Assembly (NCBI GenBank): GCA_963799845.1
Contig: CAWCYI010000004.1
Coordinates: 1,952,001-2,016,000 of the forward strand
Length of the DNA: 64,000 nt
Source: an uncultured Nitrososphaerota archaeon
GTDB lineage: Archaea > Thermoproteota > Nitrososphaeria > Nitrososphaerales > CADDZS01
Direction of reading: 5' to 3'
Positions within the stretch are counted from its first letter, which is position 1. Every line of letters begins with the position of its first letter. The translations under genes and the position numbers were made by a program. This document shows, piece after piece, positions 29,786 to 40,362 of the stretch. The notes under the pieces are model-generated. The model saw nothing but the letters and a program-made list of their open reading frames with translations, did no database searches and was not told where the DNA came from.

Positions 29786-31221
29786 GTTTGGCAACAATGA
29801 TCGCGGAACGGTCGATAACAAGTTGGTTTGAAGGTAGACCCTGCCCCCGATGCAACAAGAGCAAGACTGTCTGTGAAAACGGGCAGTTCATCTGCTCTGG
29901 CTGCGGCGCGGTTCTGAAAGAAGAATTCGAGCCAGAGACAGGCCCCCGTGCGCGGGTTAATTCCAAATCAATCTCGCCAAAGCTGGATCGCCTCTCGCGT
30001 CGCACGTTCATCGGAAGGTCAGACGCGATGGCCATGAAGCTGCCGACCATCCCGCTACAACGTCTGGATTACGACACCCAGAAAAGCGCGCAGTTCAACG
30101 ATTACCTGATTCGGACGGCAGACTACGTGGATAAGCTTGGCCTCGGAACCACGGTCTATGAGGAAGCGTACGGGATTTTGATTAAGGCGCGTGATAAGGT
30201 GCTTGTCCGCCGCTATGAACTGGCAACGGTCGCGAGCATTTACCTCGCTTGCAGAAAGCTGCAAATTTCCAGATCGCTTGAGGACATTTGTACGGTACTC
30301 CCCCAGTACGACCGCTGGAAGGCGTTGAAGGTCTATCGAAAATTGTGTGATGGGCTGAACGAGAAACCGCCGTCAGAAAATCTGGGTGGACTCCTGGCGG
30401 GGATCGCTGCGAGAGCCGGAGTACCGGAACCTGTAACTCGGACCGCGCTCAAGATGATGCAGAATTTAGCAGGGAAACAACTGTTCGCAGGATCTACACC
30501 AAGAGGTTTCTGCGCTGGATTACTCTGCGAGGCTGCGACGACCCACCATTACAAATTGCAGATGCCCGTTATCGCCAAAGCGTCCCACGCCAGCAACGAA
30601 ACCATTAGGCGACACTCGAAAAATATCCGCGTCGCGCTAGGCGGCAGAACTCGAATTAGAGCTGACGAAGAAAGAAAAAGAAATCCACACTCGGAATTTG
30701 ATGTTTCTCATTGCGGAAACGAATCGTCGTCTCAGGCAGCGACCATTTTCATTTTCAACAGGTTGATCGTTTTGAGTTTGGTATCACGCGACAACACTTC
30801 CACAAAGCAAAGTGCCTGGCAACTGCACCCTGACATTCAGGGCCACGCAATTTGGCACTATCACTGCAAACTCGTCAATCGTGTGAACGCGCTGATCCAC
30901 CTTTCCGAGCTCGCCGTGATCCCGATCATCCTCGTCAAAGTATCCTGCAAAAATTGTGGGAAAAAGCCAGAGCCTTTCCGACTCACAAACAAATGGAATA
31001 CCACTTGCCCTAAGTGCAAGTCTGATAACATCACCTTCACTACTGACGTTATGTATCAGGTCGTCTATCAGGATGGAGAACCCGAGAAGGATACCGAGAC
31101 CGAATTCTCCTATGCAGATTTCGAGAACCACGAGGAATTTGTCAAGTTCATCATGTTCCTGAACCAAGAGCGCGAGAAGGCTGGCAATCCTTTGATCGAG
31201 CCGTTTCCAATGAGGTACTAG
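29782..31221 (+). CDS. tfb: Divergent transcription initiation factor IIB (TFB) with C-terminal extension
   Basis: CPRC...ICSGCGAVL zinc ribbon, GP B-reader remnant, ASIYLACRKLQISRSLEDI cyclin fold, second repeat GSTPRGFCAG, IAKASHASNETIRRH HTH; extra CKNC/CPKC domain. Confidence 0.85.
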   Translation: MSLATMIAERSITSWFEGRPCPRCNKSKTVCENGQFICSGCGAVLKEEFEPETGPRARVNSKSISPKLDRLSRRTFIGRSDAMAMKLPTIPLQRLDYDTQKSAQFNDYLIRTADYVDKLGLGTTVYEEAYGILIKARDKVLVRRYELATVASIYLACRKLQISRSLEDICTVLPQYDRWKALKVYRKLCDGLNEKPPSENLGGLLAGIAARAGVPEPVTRTALKMMQNLAGKQLFAGSTPRGFCAGLLCEAATTHHYKLQMPVIAKASHASNETIRRHSKNIRVALGGRTRIRADEERKRNPHSEFDVSHCGNESSSQAATIFIFNRLIVLSLVSRDNTSTKQSAWQLHPDIQGHAIWHYHCKLVNRVNALIHLSELAVIPIILVKVSCKNCGKKPEPFRLTNKWNTTCPKCKSDNITFTTDVMYQVVYQDGEPEKDTETEFSYADFENHEEFVKFIMFLNQEREKAGNPLIEPFPMRY

Positions 31222-31223
31222 AC

Positions 31224-31411
31224 ATGGTTTCATTGAAAGCGACAAGAGATACGCGCTGAAGAATAATCCTGGCGGATTGTTTGCACAGGTCACCGCGGCG
31301 GAACCCAACGAGATCCCCGAGGCAGATTTCAGAGCCAAGCTTCCAGTCTGGTTTTCGATTCTCAAAATTGAGGAAGAAGGCTCGAGAAATTGCAAGCAAG
31401 TCTCACTCTGA
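31224..31411 (+). pseudogene. Frameshifted paralog of 23150-23452
   Basis: MVSLK|..YALKNNPGGLFAQVTAAEPNEIPEADFRAKLPVWFSILKIE. Confidence 0.65.
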
Positions 31412-31427
31412 TCTCTGAGGTTTCTGA

Positions 31428-31908
31428 ATGACAGTCCTGTTTCGTTTGGAAGCCTACACTTTCAACAACGCGTACGAAGTCTGGACCATCATGACAGCAT
31501 TGCCCATCCTGGCGATCCTCAGCTTACTACTTCGCCAGCCAGCTAATGTGTCGGCTTCCTTCTGATTTTCACGCTGTACATTTACGAGAAGAAGATATCT
31601 CCCGAGGCCGCAATTCAGGGATTCTTAGCCAGTCTTTTCAGAATGATCGGACTCGACCTGACAGGTGCGCCCTTTGCAGTTCCCTCGATCCTGAGTCTCA
31701 ACGGTCATCTGAATCTCTCGACCATCGCCAATACTGGTACGCGCCCTATGCTGATTTCCAGCTGATCAGCCTTCTCTCAGGTCCCTCGGGGATTGTCAAT
31801 TTCTGGCCTCATTTGTTTGTCCACGTCGCCATTCCAATAATTTTGGTGTCGATTGGTTTCCTGATCGCCCGTCCAAAGATGTTTGTGCAAATCGTCGAGA
31901 GACCCTAG
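31428..31908 (+). pseudogene. Multiply frameshifted membrane protein, paralog of 49702-50752
   Basis: PYADFQLISLLSGPSGIVNFW..FVHVAIPIIL..ARPKMFVQIVER. Confidence 0.65.
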
Positions 31909-32094
31909 ATGAGAAAATCGCTGCGGCAAATGTAGGGATTCCTGATCGCCTTCCTGGGGATCCTCGGCGTTGTTACAACGGGAATCTTCGGGGCCCTGAA
32001 CCATCCGCAGTTTCCAAACGCTCTGATGCCTCTCGCCTTTGCGATCCTCGGGATTGGAATAATTTTCATCGGCATGTACTTGGTGTTAGACTGA
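31909..32094 (+). pseudogene. Two-TM microprotein with an in-frame TAG at 31933
   Basis: MRKSLRQM*GFLIAFLGILGVV...LAFAILGIGIIFIGMYLVLD. Confidence 0.4.
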
Positions 32095-32097
32095 AAC

Positions 32098-32109
32098 TGT
32101 CGTACAATC
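32098..32109 (+). promoter_or_regulatory. TGTCGTACAATC motif upstream of the giant surface protein
   Basis: Starts 42 bp before ATG 32140; recurs before four other structural genes. Confidence 0.6.
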
Positions 32110-32139
32110 TGGCATTTTACTTACGTGAAGCTCGGTTAA

Positions 32140-35100
32140 ATGAGACTTAGCAAGCAAAATAAGCACGAGCAAAATCGGCGCAGGCTGATCATCGGACTAC
32201 TCGGCGCACTTTTCGCGCTGTCGATCCTTTCCTCGCTCAGTTCACTGGCCATTCAGAACGCTCTACCTTCGAGCGTTCAAAGCGTTCCTTCATCTGCACC
32301 GAACCGAAATTTCCTTTCGGACATTACATCATCAGTGTCAAATTTTCTAAGTGGAGCTGGGAAATCTATTGGGCAATTTATCGTAGCCAATTTCCCTCAT
32401 GCGAAGAATGTTTTCGCGAGTGGACCAACTTATGACTATTCAATGGATCAGGCGTGTGTAGCGTCGGGGTGTACTGGTTACACTGGTTCGAGTGCGTTTC
32501 CGACGGTTACGGCAGGCGATACCATAATTGTAACTGCTGATAGTGTTTCGAGTGCAATCAGTTCTTGCACGATTTCAGATAGCAGTTCAAGATTAACCTG
32601 GACGAGTCTAGGGATTTTACTATCAGCTCCGTACGGCGGGAACGGCGGCGGGGATTGGACGTGGGTGGGCGTTGCTACCTCGACTGGTTCAACAACTGTG
32701 AACGTGGCGAATTGCGTCGGCGGCAGCATAATACAATACATCGGTGAGCAATTTACTGGATTAGGCGCATACTCCACTGACCATACGGCCGAGAACTCGG
32801 GTTCACCCGTATCTGTTGGTTCGTTCACGCCGACGACAGGGCAGACGGTATATGCCTTTGGCACTTTTTACAATGTTAAAGGTGCGACAGTAGCATCAAC
32901 GGGCGGCGCAGTTTATTCAAACATCATCAATGGCATATCTGGATATGCGTCAAATCCTTCATCTGGATCTTGTGCTGGAATCTGTCAAGAAGTTGGAGAC
33001 ATGTATGGTCAGACTACGAGTGCTACTACTGCTAGTATGAGTTGCACGGGTGCAACAGGCGGAGACGAATCTGGCGGCGTATGTAGTCTTGGGGCAGAGC
33101 TTGTTTTAGTCTTTAACGCACCCACAATCATTCAGCCAATCCAATGCACGATGCAATCAGGATCGCAGCATCAGGCGACAATAACAATCTCAGGCGGCTC
33201 GCCATCTCCGTCGCCCTCGACCGTTTTATGCGATGGATCATCTCACAACGTTGCTGTTCAGGGCAGCATCACTCTAACAGCAACCGAGCCTGCTGATGGG
33301 ACGTGTGGAACATCATGCCGAGATCGATTCAGCGTTTCAAGTGCAGCAAGTACCACGATAACTGTTACATCATCAACATCAACTTGGTCCATCACTAATT
33401 ATGAACAATTAAGCAACACGTACCAGGTTACTGCGGAAGCTCAGACGGATTTTGACGCGAGCATGTCTTGGACGGTTACTGGAACGTTTCTCGGAGTTGT
33501 GGGTACCACAATTTGTACGATCTCATCCACGGTTGCGACGACCGATTCTTGCGCGGGTTACGCCGATTCTGATGTGGCAGTTACGATCCCTCAAGCCGCT
33601 ACTAGCCCACCTACAAATACAAGATGGCAATCGAGCGCGGCGTGTTCATCGACCGTAACAACGGGCGGGAACAGCGAGAACTGCAATTCGTATAAGCAAC
33701 TGGATAACACTTACCAAGCTTCCACGAATGGTCAGGGTCCGCCAACTTGGGATTCTGGATTAAGCGCAGTAGTTACAGGATCTCTTTATGGATCCACGGG
33801 TCAGAGCATTTGCACTATCAATCCATCATCGGGAACGACTACTACTGCCTCGTGTACTGGTTATGATGACTACGGTGCTGCCGCTACCGAACCCTCTACG
33901 ATGAGTGGAGCTGGATCAAATATCCAATGGAAGATCTATGGAACTGCATCCTGGACTGATACAAGTCCAAGTACTCACACTGGCACGTACTACAAGCAGC
34001 TTCGAAACACGTACCAAGTAACCGCCGAGGCGCAATCAACTTTCGATACCTCGATGAGCTGGACAGTTACAGGAACAGTCGGGGGTACCGGATCTTCAAC
34101 AGTCTGCACAATTTCATCAACCGCCGCTGCAACCGATTCGTGTTCTGGATATGCTGACTACGATCTAGGCGTTACCATTCCGCAGGCCGCGAGCTCACCG
34201 CCCGCGAGTACTCGCTGGCAATCTTCTGCTGCGTGTACATTTACGCAGACCTCTGGGGGAAATACAAACAACTGCAACTCGTACAAACAACTGACCAATA
34301 CGTATCAGGCTTCCACGAATGGGCAGGGTCCGCCAACCTGGGATAGCGGCCTCTCGGCAACTGTAACGGGATCGCTCTATGGAAATACTGGTCAAACGAT
34401 CTGCACCATAAGCCCCAGCTCAGGAACCACCACGACCGCGACATGCTCGAGTTATGCCGATTACGATGCTGCGGTTTCCGAGCCTTCAACGATGAGTGGC
34501 GCGGGATTCAATATTCAATGGAAGATCTATGGAACGTCGAGCTGGACAGACACCACGGGCGGCAACACCCATACGGGTACTTACTACAAACAGCTCTCGA
34601 ACACCTATCAGGAAACTGCGATCACACCGACGACCTTCGATACCAGTATGTCTTGGGCGGTAACTGGAACGGTCGGCGGCGTTGGATCTTCCGGAGTTTG
34701 CACGATTTCTTCGACCGCTGCAACCACAGACAGTTGTACGGCTTATGCTGATTACGATCTAGGCGTTACGATTCCTCAAGCGGCTTCATCTCCGCCTTCC
34801 GGTACACGTTGGCAATCTAGTGCCGCGTGTACTTTCACTCAAACCACAGGTGGGAATACTAACAACTGCAATTCGTACAAGCAGCTCGATAACACTTATG
34901 ACGCTTCTACAAATGGACAGGGGCCGCCAACTTGGGATTCGGGCCTTAGTGCTGCGGTAACTGGCTCGCTCTATGGTGTTACAGGTCAGACGATCTGTAC
35001 GATTAGCCCGAGCTCGGGTACTACCACTACGGCTACATGCTCGGGTTATGCGGACTACGACGGGGCAATTTCAGAACCTTCGACTATGGCGGGAGCTGCC

Positions 35101-38100
35101 AGCGGGATCCAGTGGGCGATCACTGGTACTGCATCTTGGACAGATACAACAGCCAGTAACACTCACACGGGAACGTACTACAAACAACTAGACAATACCT
35201 ACGATGCCGTTCCAAATCGGAGAACTACCTTTGATGGAATTTATTCAATCAGCGTCTCTGGTACGATCTTCGGAGTTGGTTCTTCATCAGTCTGCACAAT
35301 CACTACGTCGAACGGCGGGGGAACCGCGTCTTGCAGCGGATATGCAGACTACGATCTTGCGGTTACAGTTGGAACGATCTCGGGTGCGCCTGCATCTACA
35401 CGCTGGACGATAGTTGGCACTTCAACCTTCACAGATACGACCGGATCAAACACCCATTCAGTTGAGTACTACAACGAGATCGATAACACTTACCAGGTTA
35501 CAGCCGAGGCGCAAACTGATTTCGACGCGAGCATGTCTTGGACTGTAACTGGAACGTTGGGCGGTTCATCGGGTTCGACTATCTGCACGATCACGTCCAC
35601 TGTCGCAGCAACAGATTCCTGTTCAGGGTACGCAGATTACGACCAGCCTGTAATTATTCCGCAGGCCGCGTCTAGTCCACCAGCCAATTCAAGATGGCAA
35701 TCGACGGCGGCGTGTACCTCGACCTTAACCACGCCTAGCAACACGGAGAACTGCAACTCGTACAAGCAGTGGACGAACACTTACGAAATGGCGGTCGCGG
35801 GTTCCGTGAGTGGCTTCACTGTTGGCAGCGGCAGTGGAGAATCAATGGTAGTACTCGGCTACCTCTATGGATCCTCTGGACAAACGATCTGCACGGCAAC
35901 GGCTTCAAGTGGTGCGAGCGCGACCTGCTCTGGATATTCTGACAACGCCGAAGCTGCTACACTGCCCCAATTTCTGACAGGCGAGGCAGCAAGTACTCAA
36001 TGGCAGGACAGCAACGGCGGATCGCAATCATCGGGATCGATAACCTCTGGGGCGAACACTATCACGGCTGAGTACTATCTTCAACTCTCGAACACCTATC
36101 AAGCCTCGACAAATGGACAGGGGCCGCCAGATTGGGATTCCGGCCTTAGTGCTACCGCGACAGGAACCTTACTCGGGGTAGCGAGTCAAACCATCTGCAC
36201 GATCTCTCCGAGCTCAGGAACGACGACGACCGCTGGATGCACAGGATACGCGGATTATGATCAGCCAGTTTCCGAGCCAGCTACGATGAGTGGAGCTGGA
36301 TCCAATATCCAATGGAAGCTCTATGGAACGTCGAGTTGGACTGACACCACAGCGGGAAATACTCACACAGGCACATATTACAAGCAGCTTCAAAATACGT
36401 ACCAAGTTTCTTCTCACGCCCAAACCGATTTTGATAATGGCCTCTCGTGGTCTATAACTGGTACGATCGGCGGGGTCGGGAGCTCATCGGTCTGCTCGAT
36501 CTCATCGACCGTTGCCGCAACTGATTCTTGCTCGGGCTATGCTGATTACGATCTCGGGGTAACTATCCCTCAAGGGGCCTCGGGAGCTGCCGCGAATACA
36601 CGTTGGCAATCAACAGCAGCCTGCACTTTCACCCAGACAACAGGTGGGAATACGAACAACTGCAATTCGTACAAGCAACTCACCAATGCTTATGCCGCAA
36701 ATCCCGTTGCCCCAACTACATTTTCAGCGAGTATCACCTTCGCGGTTACAGGATCGCTCTATGGAGTAACTGGACAAGCGATCTGCACCGTATCGGTTCC
36801 AGGCTCTCCGTCCTCGGGTAGCTACAACTGCGCGGGATATGCTGACTATGACGCTGCGGGTTCAATCGCGTCGGCGGCCTCGGGTTCCCCTACAAATCAG
36901 AGATGGGAAGTTTCTGGAACGGATTCGTGGACCGACACCACTGGCGCAAACACGCACACCGCGAATTACTATCTGCAAGACTCGACCACGGTTTCTTACT
37001 CAATCATTGGTGGCGCGGGAGCTTCCTCTGCCCCAACTCTGACGTACACATATCTCGGTACAGCTGGCACTACCTATTCGATGACTGTAACGCCAACAGT
37101 AGTTTGGCAGGACAATGGAAAGACATGGACCGCGACGAATCCTCTGCCTGGATCGGGAGCTAGCGAAAGATGGGATGCCCCCACCGGCTATTCAGGCTCG
37201 TCCACTGCTGGCGAAACTATTGACCCGACGTACTACAATCAATTTGATGTTACAGTTACGATCACTTCGATTGATGGTTCCATTCCTGGGCCGAGCGATC
37301 CCACTTTCAGTTACTCGCAATTCGGCAGCCCAGCTACCCTGACAGTAGCGACCTCGCAGACAACTTGGGCAGATGATTCTCAGGCATGGAGTATCACAAA
37401 TCCAATTTCAATTTCCAGCACGGAAAGATTCGATTCGCCATCGACGACCAGCGGCACGATCAGCGCGGCCTCGACCTTCCCCATCACGTACTACCATCAG
37501 TACAAGCAGGGATTTGAGTACAGCGTCGTCGGTATCAGTACCGGATCATCTCCGCCAACTTTCAAATTCTTCTACGAGGGAACGGTGAACAGCACCACGC
37601 TTTCAACGTCGCCAGCTCAACTCTGGCTCGACGCAAACCCCGCAGTTTGGAATTCCACGAATCCGCTGACGGGTTCAAATTCAACCGTGAGTTGGATGAC
37701 GGGAACGCCGACTGGCTCTACGTCAAGCGGTGGAGGAACAACGAACATTGTCTACGATCTAGCCTATGCGGTCATCACACTGTTCAATCCCGACTCGCTG
37801 ACCATCCAGTTCACAAACTCGACAGGTAGCTACACTAGTACGACTTCGCCCCTGAACATCTCGCCTGGCTCTACTTTCACGGTCGTTGGATCCAATTTCA
37901 ACGGCCTCTTTGAAATATCCACTAACGGCTCAACGATCTATCAGGTACCAGCAGGCTTCGGAAATGGAATCCAAGTCTTAAGCTCGGTCAGACTAAATCT
38001 TTTCAATTTCACGGCGGGAGGCACAAATCCATTCTTGAACATGACTGGAACGAGCGCAACGGTGATCGTACTAGATCCAGTTCCAGCAACAGGACTTTCG

Positions 38101-38775
38101 TACGTCTCGACCACGGTAGCGGGATCCTCTTACTCGCCGACTTTCTCACAGAGCAAAACGGTCATTCAGGTTACAACGACAGGAACACAAAATATTCTGA
38201 TGAATTTTGTCGTCGCGGGCCCAGAGACACAAACGCAATGCGTCGGTCCAAGCTGCGGCGGCGGAAGCACTACCGTAACTGCAACGGGAGAGGCTGGCGG
38301 CACAAGTACACTCATCCAGAATGGACAGGTGAGTGTAGAAGCTGGAAGCCCATCGAACCGAACGATCTCGCTGGTTTTGGACAACACCCAATCATCCGCG
38401 ATTACGGAACTGACCCAGCTCAGTTTCTCTAGCATGAGCAATGTTCAGGTGGTCTACAATCCGAGCGAGCTACCGATCAATGTTGGCAGTGGCGATACGG
38501 GTAGTGTTCCAGTCCAAGTACAATACAGCAGCCTAACTCCTGGTTCTTACGTCATCAACGGAACGGCGACCTTCACCCAGTACAGCAGCCAGACCAATTC
38601 GTACGTAACTCTGCACAGCGGATTCACGATCACGCTGTTCGTTCAGGCCCTAACTGGAAAGAGTGATGGATTCAATTTCGCGGCATTTCTAACAGCCTAT
38701 TGGTGGGTTTTCATCAGCGCGGCAATCCTCGCGGTAATTGGTATTGGTTTATTCATTAGAAAGACTGGACGTTAG
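32140..38775 (+). CDS. 2211-aa Ser/Thr/Cys-rich surface or adhesin protein with about 12 tandem ~100-aa repeats and a C-terminal TM anchor
   Basis: N-terminal basic+hydrophobic signal; repeats begin QLxNTYQ; C-terminal TM followed by RKTGR. Confidence 0.9.
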   Translation: MRLSKQNKHEQNRRRLIIGLLGALFALSILSSLSSLAIQNALPSSVQSVPSSAPNRNFLSDITSSVSNFLSGAGKSIGQFIVANFPHAKNVFASGPTYDYSMDQACVASGCTGYTGSSAFPTVTAGDTIIVTADSVSSAISSCTISDSSSRLTWTSLGILLSAPYGGNGGGDWTWVGVATSTGSTTVNVANCVGGSIIQYIGEQFTGLGAYSTDHTAENSGSPVSVGSFTPTTGQTVYAFGTFYNVKGATVASTGGAVYSNIINGISGYASNPSSGSCAGICQEVGDMYGQTTSATTASMSCTGATGGDESGGVCSLGAELVLVFNAPTIIQPIQCTMQSGSQHQATITISGGSPSPSPSTVLCDGSSHNVAVQGSITLTATEPADGTCGTSCRDRFSVSSAASTTITVTSSTSTWSITNYEQLSNTYQVTAEAQTDFDASMSWTVTGTFLGVVGTTICTISSTVATTDSCAGYADSDVAVTIPQAATSPPTNTRWQSSAACSSTVTTGGNSENCNSYKQLDNTYQASTNGQGPPTWDSGLSAVVTGSLYGSTGQSICTINPSSGTTTTASCTGYDDYGAAATEPSTMSGAGSNIQWKIYGTASWTDTSPSTHTGTYYKQLRNTYQVTAEAQSTFDTSMSWTVTGTVGGTGSSTVCTISSTAAATDSCSGYADYDLGVTIPQAASSPPASTRWQSSAACTFTQTSGGNTNNCNSYKQLTNTYQASTNGQGPPTWDSGLSATVTGSLYGNTGQTICTISPSSGTTTTATCSSYADYDAAVSEPSTMSGAGFNIQWKIYGTSSWTDTTGGNTHTGTYYKQLSNTYQETAITPTTFDTSMSWAVTGTVGGVGSSGVCTISSTAATTDSCTAYADYDLGVTIPQAASSPPSGTRWQSSAACTFTQTTGGNTNNCNSYKQLDNTYDASTNGQGPPTWDSGLSAAVTGSLYGVTGQTICTISPSSGTTTTATCSGYADYDGAISEPSTMAGAASGIQWAITGTASWTDTTASNTHTGTYYKQLDNTYDAVPNRRTTFDGIYSISVSGTIFGVGSSSVCTITTSNGGGTASCSGYADYDLAVTVGTISGAPASTRWTIVGTSTFTDTTGSNTHSVEYYNEIDNTYQVTAEAQTDFDASMSWTVTGTLGGSSGSTICTITSTVAATDSCSGYADYDQPVIIPQAASSPPANSRWQSTAACTSTLTTPSNTENCNSYKQWTNTYEMAVAGSVSGFTVGSGSGESMVVLGYLYGSSGQTICTATASSGASATCSGYSDNAEAATLPQFLTGEAASTQWQDSNGGSQSSGSITSGANTITAEYYLQLSNTYQASTNGQGPPDWDSGLSATATGTLLGVASQTICTISPSSGTTTTAGCTGYADYDQPVSEPATMSGAGSNIQWKLYGTSSWTDTTAGNTHTGTYYKQLQNTYQVSSHAQTDFDNGLSWSITGTIGGVGSSSVCSISSTVAATDSCSGYADYDLGVTIPQGASGAAANTRWQSTAACTFTQTTGGNTNNCNSYKQLTNAYAANPVAPTTFSASITFAVTGSLYGVTGQAICTVSVPGSPSSGSYNCAGYADYDAAGSIASAASGSPTNQRWEVSGTDSWTDTTGANTHTANYYLQDSTTVSYSIIGGAGASSAPTLTYTYLGTAGTTYSMTVTPTVVWQDNGKTWTATNPLPGSGASERWDAPTGYSGSSTAGETIDPTYYNQFDVTVTITSIDGSIPGPSDPTFSYSQFGSPATLTVATSQTTWADDSQAWSITNPISISSTERFDSPSTTSGTISAASTFPITYYHQYKQGFEYSVVGISTGSSPPTFKFFYEGTVNSTTLSTSPAQLWLDANPAVWNSTNPLTGSNSTVSWMTGTPTGSTSSGGGTTNIVYDLAYAVITLFNPDSLTIQFTNSTGSYTSTTSPLNISPGSTFTVVGSNFNGLFEISTNGSTIYQVPAGFGNGIQVLSSVRLNLFNFTAGGTNPFLNMTGTSATVIVLDPVPATGLSYVSTTVAGSSYSPTFSQSKTVIQVTTTGTQNILMNFVVAGPETQTQCVGPSCGGGSTTVTATGEAGGTSTLIQNGQVSVEAGSPSNRTISLVLDNTQSSAITELTQLSFSSMSNVQVVYNPSELPINVGSGDTGSVPVQVQYSSLTPGSYVINGTATFTQYSSQTNSYVTLHSGFTITLFVQALTGKSDGFNFAAFLTAYWWVFISAAILAVIGIGLFIRKTGR
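33406..36975 (+). repeat. Intragenic ~300-bp repeats of alternating subtypes
   Basis: A type VTAEAQTDFDASMSWTVTG, B type ASTNGQGPPTWDSGL; conserved CTI...CxGYAD. Confidence 0.9.
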
Positions 38776-39006
38776 ATCACAGAATCTTCGGGATATTTTT
38801 GCCTCGTCTGCGAAATTCGATTTAGGCCGTCTGCTTTCCCCGAGGCGCAAAAGAAAGGACTGATGCCCTGCTATTTCACTGTCCATAGATGCTCTCACAG
38901 TGCCGTCCTGGATAACTTCCGCTCTGAGAAAAATACTGTCTGGGCCGCGTCTCGTTGCCCTGCCTGCAAGTTTGACTGGCTCTCCAATAAACATCTCACC
39001 AGGAGC

Positions 39007-40254
39007 CTATTCTCCCGAGGGAGCTATATCTACGACTTCTCTGGTTGCAAAATCAGCGGGATTTTTCTTGACCAATAGCAGTATCGGCAGAAGAACAATC
39101 GTAAAGACACCCGTGAGAACCCATGCAAAAGTGTAACCCGAAGACACTGATAGTATACCGAAGATCGTAAGGAAGACAGTTGCAGATCCATACTGAAATG
39201 TGCTGATAATTCCGATTGCGAGCGTCACTCCTTCGCCTTGAGTCTCTGGAAGATAAGATGGAATGAGATATGCGAGAGAGAAAGCAGCTCCAGCTAAAGT
39301 GCCTCCAATCGCATATAGACACCAGATTATCTGCCATGAAACGTATGGGACTAGTATCATAACAAGTCCAAGACAAAATGCGAAAGCTATGACCAAAAGT
39401 CTCTTGTCGATTTTCTTGTTTGCCAACCACGCTACCAAAAGACCACCGAAAGTAACGGCACCTAATCCCGTAGCTAGAATGTACGATGCGATACTGATTC
39501 CCCAATTTGGATGAACCTGACTGACATATTGAATAAAATAATCACTTGCTACGGAAGCCGCAGCTCCAAAACCCAATAATCCAATTGAAAGACTCCAAAT
39601 CGAACGGGATGTTAGGATCTTCTTCACATGTCTCTGAATTTGGAAGTCTTGCGATTTTGGTTCTTTTTCAATTATGGTCGACGGTAGAATAAATAACGAG
39701 ATTGTCGATACTCCGATTATGGTTGCTCCTAGTAAAGTATAGGGCACCGTCCAATTGAAAGTTGATCCTAGGGCTGTGCTCAAGGGGAGCCCAACCACAC
39801 CTCCTACTCCGTTTGTTATTCCATAGAACAGACCAAACCATTTACCCCTCTGATTTTCTGGATAGTAACGAGCAAGAAGATTGTAAACACTTCCATTTGT
39901 TATGCCCCATCCAGACCCAGCTAAGAAACGCAGAAAGGCGAGATCAATAAGGCTGCTGGAAAGTCCAGATACGACAGTAGTTAATCCAGCAAGAAATATG
40001 CCCAGAAGATAAACTCTGCGCGCGCCTATTCTTAGGGCAAGGAAACCAGCAGGAATTTGAAATATCGCAAATCCGAATACGAAGGCACTGAGTACTAGAC
40101 CTAACTCTGAGTTGTTAGCATGAAAAGCTGCACCGACCATCGGAAGAGTTCCAGGTACAACTACACTCACGAAAGTTAGCAGAGATACACCGAGGAGTAA
40201 TATTGCAGTTGAAGTTTTAAGGCGAAGCGAGTTCGTGGATCCGACACTTTCCAA
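39007..40254 (-). CDS. MFS transporter
   Basis: About 12 TMs; GFLALRIGARR motif A; RFLAG. Confidence 0.9.
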   Translation of the reverse strand: MESVGSTNSLRLKTSTAILLLGVSLLTFVSVVVPGTLPMVGAAFHANNSELGLVLSAFVFGFAIFQIPAGFLALRIGARRVYLLGIFLAGLTTVVSGLSSSLIDLAFLRFLAGSGWGITNGSVYNLLARYYPENQRGKWFGLFYGITNGVGGVVGLPLSTALGSTFNWTVPYTLLGATIIGVSTISLFILPSTIIEKEPKSQDFQIQRHVKKILTSRSIWSLSIGLLGFGAAASVASDYFIQYVSQVHPNWGISIASYILATGLGAVTFGGLLVAWLANKKIDKRLLVIAFAFCLGLVMILVPYVSWQIIWCLYAIGGTLAGAAFSLAYLIPSYLPETQGEGVTLAIGIISTFQYGSATVFLTIFGILSVSSGYTFAWVLTGVFTIVLLPILLLVKKNPADFATREVVDIAPSGE

Positions 40255-40362
40255 AATATGAAAATCCTTGGCCGAAAGTCAATCCTGTTCGACTGGTCTC
40301 AGGTTTCCAATCCGACCCATGATCAAAGCAGCATTCGGTTATTATGAGACCCGAGCTTCTAA

